Shown here piece by piece: positions 1 to 64,000 of a stretch of DNA of 64,000 nt. A program made the position numbers and the translations under genes. Origin of the DNA: Tubiluchus corallicola (taxonomy: Eukaryota > Animalia > Priapulida); NCBI GenBank assembly GCA_030141605.1, contig JAQGDQ010001043.1, forward strand, positions 4,160-68,159, written 5' to 3'. Below the pieces are notes generated by a model that saw only the letters and a program-made list of their open reading frames with translations, searched no databases and was not told the origin of the DNA. Position 1 is the first letter of the stretch. The number at the start of each line of letters is the position of its first letter.

Positions 1-263
1 TACCGCTTGAGAATCTACACGAAAAACACACATTAAATACATACCGCTTGAAAATCTACATGAAAAACACACATTAAATACATACAAGCAACAGAGTTTG
101 TTGGAATGGTTTTTAAACTGCTTAAAAAAGCAAAATTTTCTTAGTAACTTCACAAAATCAACAGCATTTCCCAATGAACCGTGTGAGTAACTTATAACCA
201 ATGCTTTACTTTGTTTACTGATAAAATTAAAGTAGTGAATTTTTCCGTAAAATTAAAATATAT

Positions 264-705
264 ACTGTTTGGGCTTTCAAAACCAAATTCGAAGCTCGAT
301 TAAATTTTGCTCTTTCTTTGCTCTTTATTTGCCAAAACATGTCATTCCATCTAAACATAAGAAATTAGTGCCAAAAAATAACAAAAAATAATAATAGCCA
401 AAAGTCAATTTTACATAATTAAGAGTTATACACTGTACTGTCGTATTAATTAATACCTAGCTGTTATTTTAAACTAAATTTAAGTTTTTTAAAGTAATTA
501 GAGGATATACATACGTTATTAGCCCCAAATCATGAGCAATTGTAAACAGATAACGACAATATCTTATCAACTTATCATGACACGTCTTCACTTCACAGTA
601 GGCCTCTGACCCAGATCAAATTGATCACGTGATTAGGCCAAAAATCACCACAAGGTGGCCAAAGCCAACAACAAGCGAAGGCCACGCCAAGCACGCCAAT
701 GCAAG
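264..705 (+). repeat. ~440-bp dispersed repeat, four copies in window (also ~20155..20595 minus, ~39248..39688 plus, ~59153..59592 minus)
   Basis: Shared ctgtttgggctttcaaaaccaaattcgaagc...gcacgccaatgca with scattered differences; two opposite-orientation copies per arm. Confidence 0.85.
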
Positions 706-1379
706 ATTTCCAGTATATATAGAATGGACGTCAGCAGCGACGTTTGTTAATTTAAAACCGGCGATTGTGTTGACATTTGTTCATAATTAACTATTATGAA
801 CGCTCAGCGAATTCACTAAGACTGGCAATGACACCTTTTTTGTTACGTTCGCGTGACCGACAAATAGGCGCAGTACCATGGCATTCGTGATCATGAACTG
901 CAGTGTTCGTCTGTGACGTCTGTGTGACGTAGAGCTCATTTTCGTGACATCACATCGGCGTCATATAGCAATCTTCGCTACGCAAACGCGCTTGTTGTGC
1001 AGGAAAGATGCTTACCATTGTACAAATTGTGGCTAGTTTGTGACGTAAGCGATACCTGTGTTTGGTTGCCGCTAATTAGCTTTCCAGGGTAATTATTCAA
1101 ATATTAAAAATAACTGTTAACTTTTGTAGGCAAGAAAATGTGTATTTAGGACAGTAATTTGAAATGAGATTGAGTCTAATAAATCGTCCAGCTTTCCTTT
1201 AAAAACTTTATTTACAGAAGGAAGCCAGAACATGCAAACATAACGTATTATTGTCATTAAAGGGAAGCTCACAGGAATTGAAAAGAACAGTTTACACTGA
1301 AGACGCTTTAAGAATGCGTGCGCACAATTCTCGCGCATGCGCACATGATCTTATGAACTCAACGAACTTATTCTATTAC

Positions 1380-31073
<29,694 letters not shown>

Positions 31074-31169
31074 CTAAAGTGATGCATTGAAACAGGTTAT
31101 TTTGTGTGGTTTTTGAAAGTTGATAAGAGTATCTTTGAAACGAAGGATAATATACAAAATATTTATATA

Positions 31170-31254
31170 TTAATAATAATTATAATAAAATAATGATGAT
31201 GATAATATTAATAATAATAAAAATAACAATAACAACAACATCATCAACAACAAA

Positions 31255-31285
<31 letters not shown>

Positions 31286-31358
31286 ATAATAATATTATAA
31301 TAATAATAACAATAAATATAATAATAATAATAATAATGATAATAATAATAACAACAAC

Positions 31359-31402
<44 letters not shown>

Positions 31403-31907
31403 CAATAATAATAATAATAACAATAACAATAACAATAACAATAACAATAACAATAACAATAACAATAACAATAACAATAACAATAACAATAACAATAACA
31501 ATAACAATAACAATAACAATAACAATAAGAATAAGAATAAGAATAAGAATAAGAATAAGAATAAGAATAAGAATAAGAATAAGAATAAGAATAAGAATAA
31601 GAATAAGAATAAGAATAAGAATAAGAATAAGAATAAGAATAAGAATAAGAATAAGAATAAGAATAAGAATAAGAATAAGAATAAGAATAAGAATAAGAAT
31701 AAGAATAAGAATAAGAATAAGAATAAGAATAAGAATAAGAATAAGAATAAGAATAAGAATAAGAATAAGAATAAGAATAAGAATAAGAATAAGAACAAGA
31801 ACAAGAACAAGAACAAGAACAAGAACAAGAACAAGAACAAGAACAAGAACAAGAACAAGAACAAGAACAAGAACAAGAACAAGAACAAGAACAAGAACAA
31901 GAACAAG
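31170..31907. repeat. Compound microsatellite (AAT/AAC)n-(AATAAC)n-(AATAAG)n-(AACAAG)n
   Basis: Direct reading; single-copy, at the right inner junction of the inverted repeat. Confidence 0.95.
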
Positions 31908-32417
31908 ATTAGTAAACAATGTGAATATATACAATATAGCATAAATACAATTAAGTGAGAGTAAGATAGGTTAGGGCGTAGAACTAATTCCTGTCAAAAA
32001 GCAAAGTAATTACGTTCTAGAACGCATATAACTTCTTTAATTAGCCTTCTAATTACAAAACTTTAAACGAAAATGATGTTGTGTAGAAATAAAATGTTAC
32101 TTTTTATCAGCAATTTTTCTTAACAAAAACTAAACAAAATAAATGTAATTTATGATGAGTTTTTGTTTAGTTTTTGATAAGAAAAATTGCTGATAAAAAG
32201 TGACGTTTTATTTGTGCACAACATCATTTTCGTCAAATTAGAAGGCTAATATAGCACAACGACTCCCAGGAATAAGTGAAAGAAAATTTAAAAATGGATA
32301 AATAAATAAAAAATCTGTTTTTAAACTTTACCTGTCTACACAGTGATAGTTATTACTTAACCGAGACAAAATTACTGTTATAAACGTTAAAGTAGCTTAA
32401 TGTTTGACGTATTACAG

Positions 32418-63790
<31,373 letters not shown>

Positions 63791-63938
63791 GTTTGTAAAT
63801 AACTCTGGCATTTTGAGAGGTAAAAAGAGAGAAAGGGAGAGAGAGAGAGTTAGAAAAATGGGATGTGAAAGAAACAAAAAGAGAAAGAAGAGAGGGAGAT
63901 GTGGGACAAAGACGTGAGTCAGAAAGACGGAATGAAGA

Positions 63939-63943
<5 letters not shown>

Positions 63944-64000
<57 letters not shown>
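63944..64000. repeat. (GA)n microsatellite
   Basis: Direct reading. Confidence 0.9.

Overview
AT-rich, microsatellite- and minisatellite-laden animal (invertebrate-like) genomic DNA. About 90% of the window is one giant inverted repeat: left arm 1..~28,014 (running off the window edge), right arm ~31,926..~59,900, and a ~3.9 kb non-repeated spacer. Each arm carries the same multi-exon cadherin gene, arranged head-to-head. I could splice it by hand through GT-AG introns with consistent phases: 17 exons on the minus strand (1380..31073) and 21 on the plus strand (32418..63790). The protein resembles Drosophila Cad99C / protocadherin-15 as I recall those sequences; no search was run. The most 5' visible exon is single-copy, lies in the spacer and points only into the minus copy, and no start or signal-peptide exon is visible for either copy. 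The arms are a mosaic of near-identical and clearly diverged blocks, and the coding differences are mostly synonymous. Introns contain MITEs (Tc2/pogo-, hAT- and Kolobok-like), a 5S-derived SINE-like element, a Penelope-like fragment, several hairpins, tandem duplications of splice sites and many tandem repeats. Nearly all long ORFs in the supplied track are repeat artefacts. An assembly artefact (two haplotypes joined head-to-head) cannot be excluded from sequence alone.
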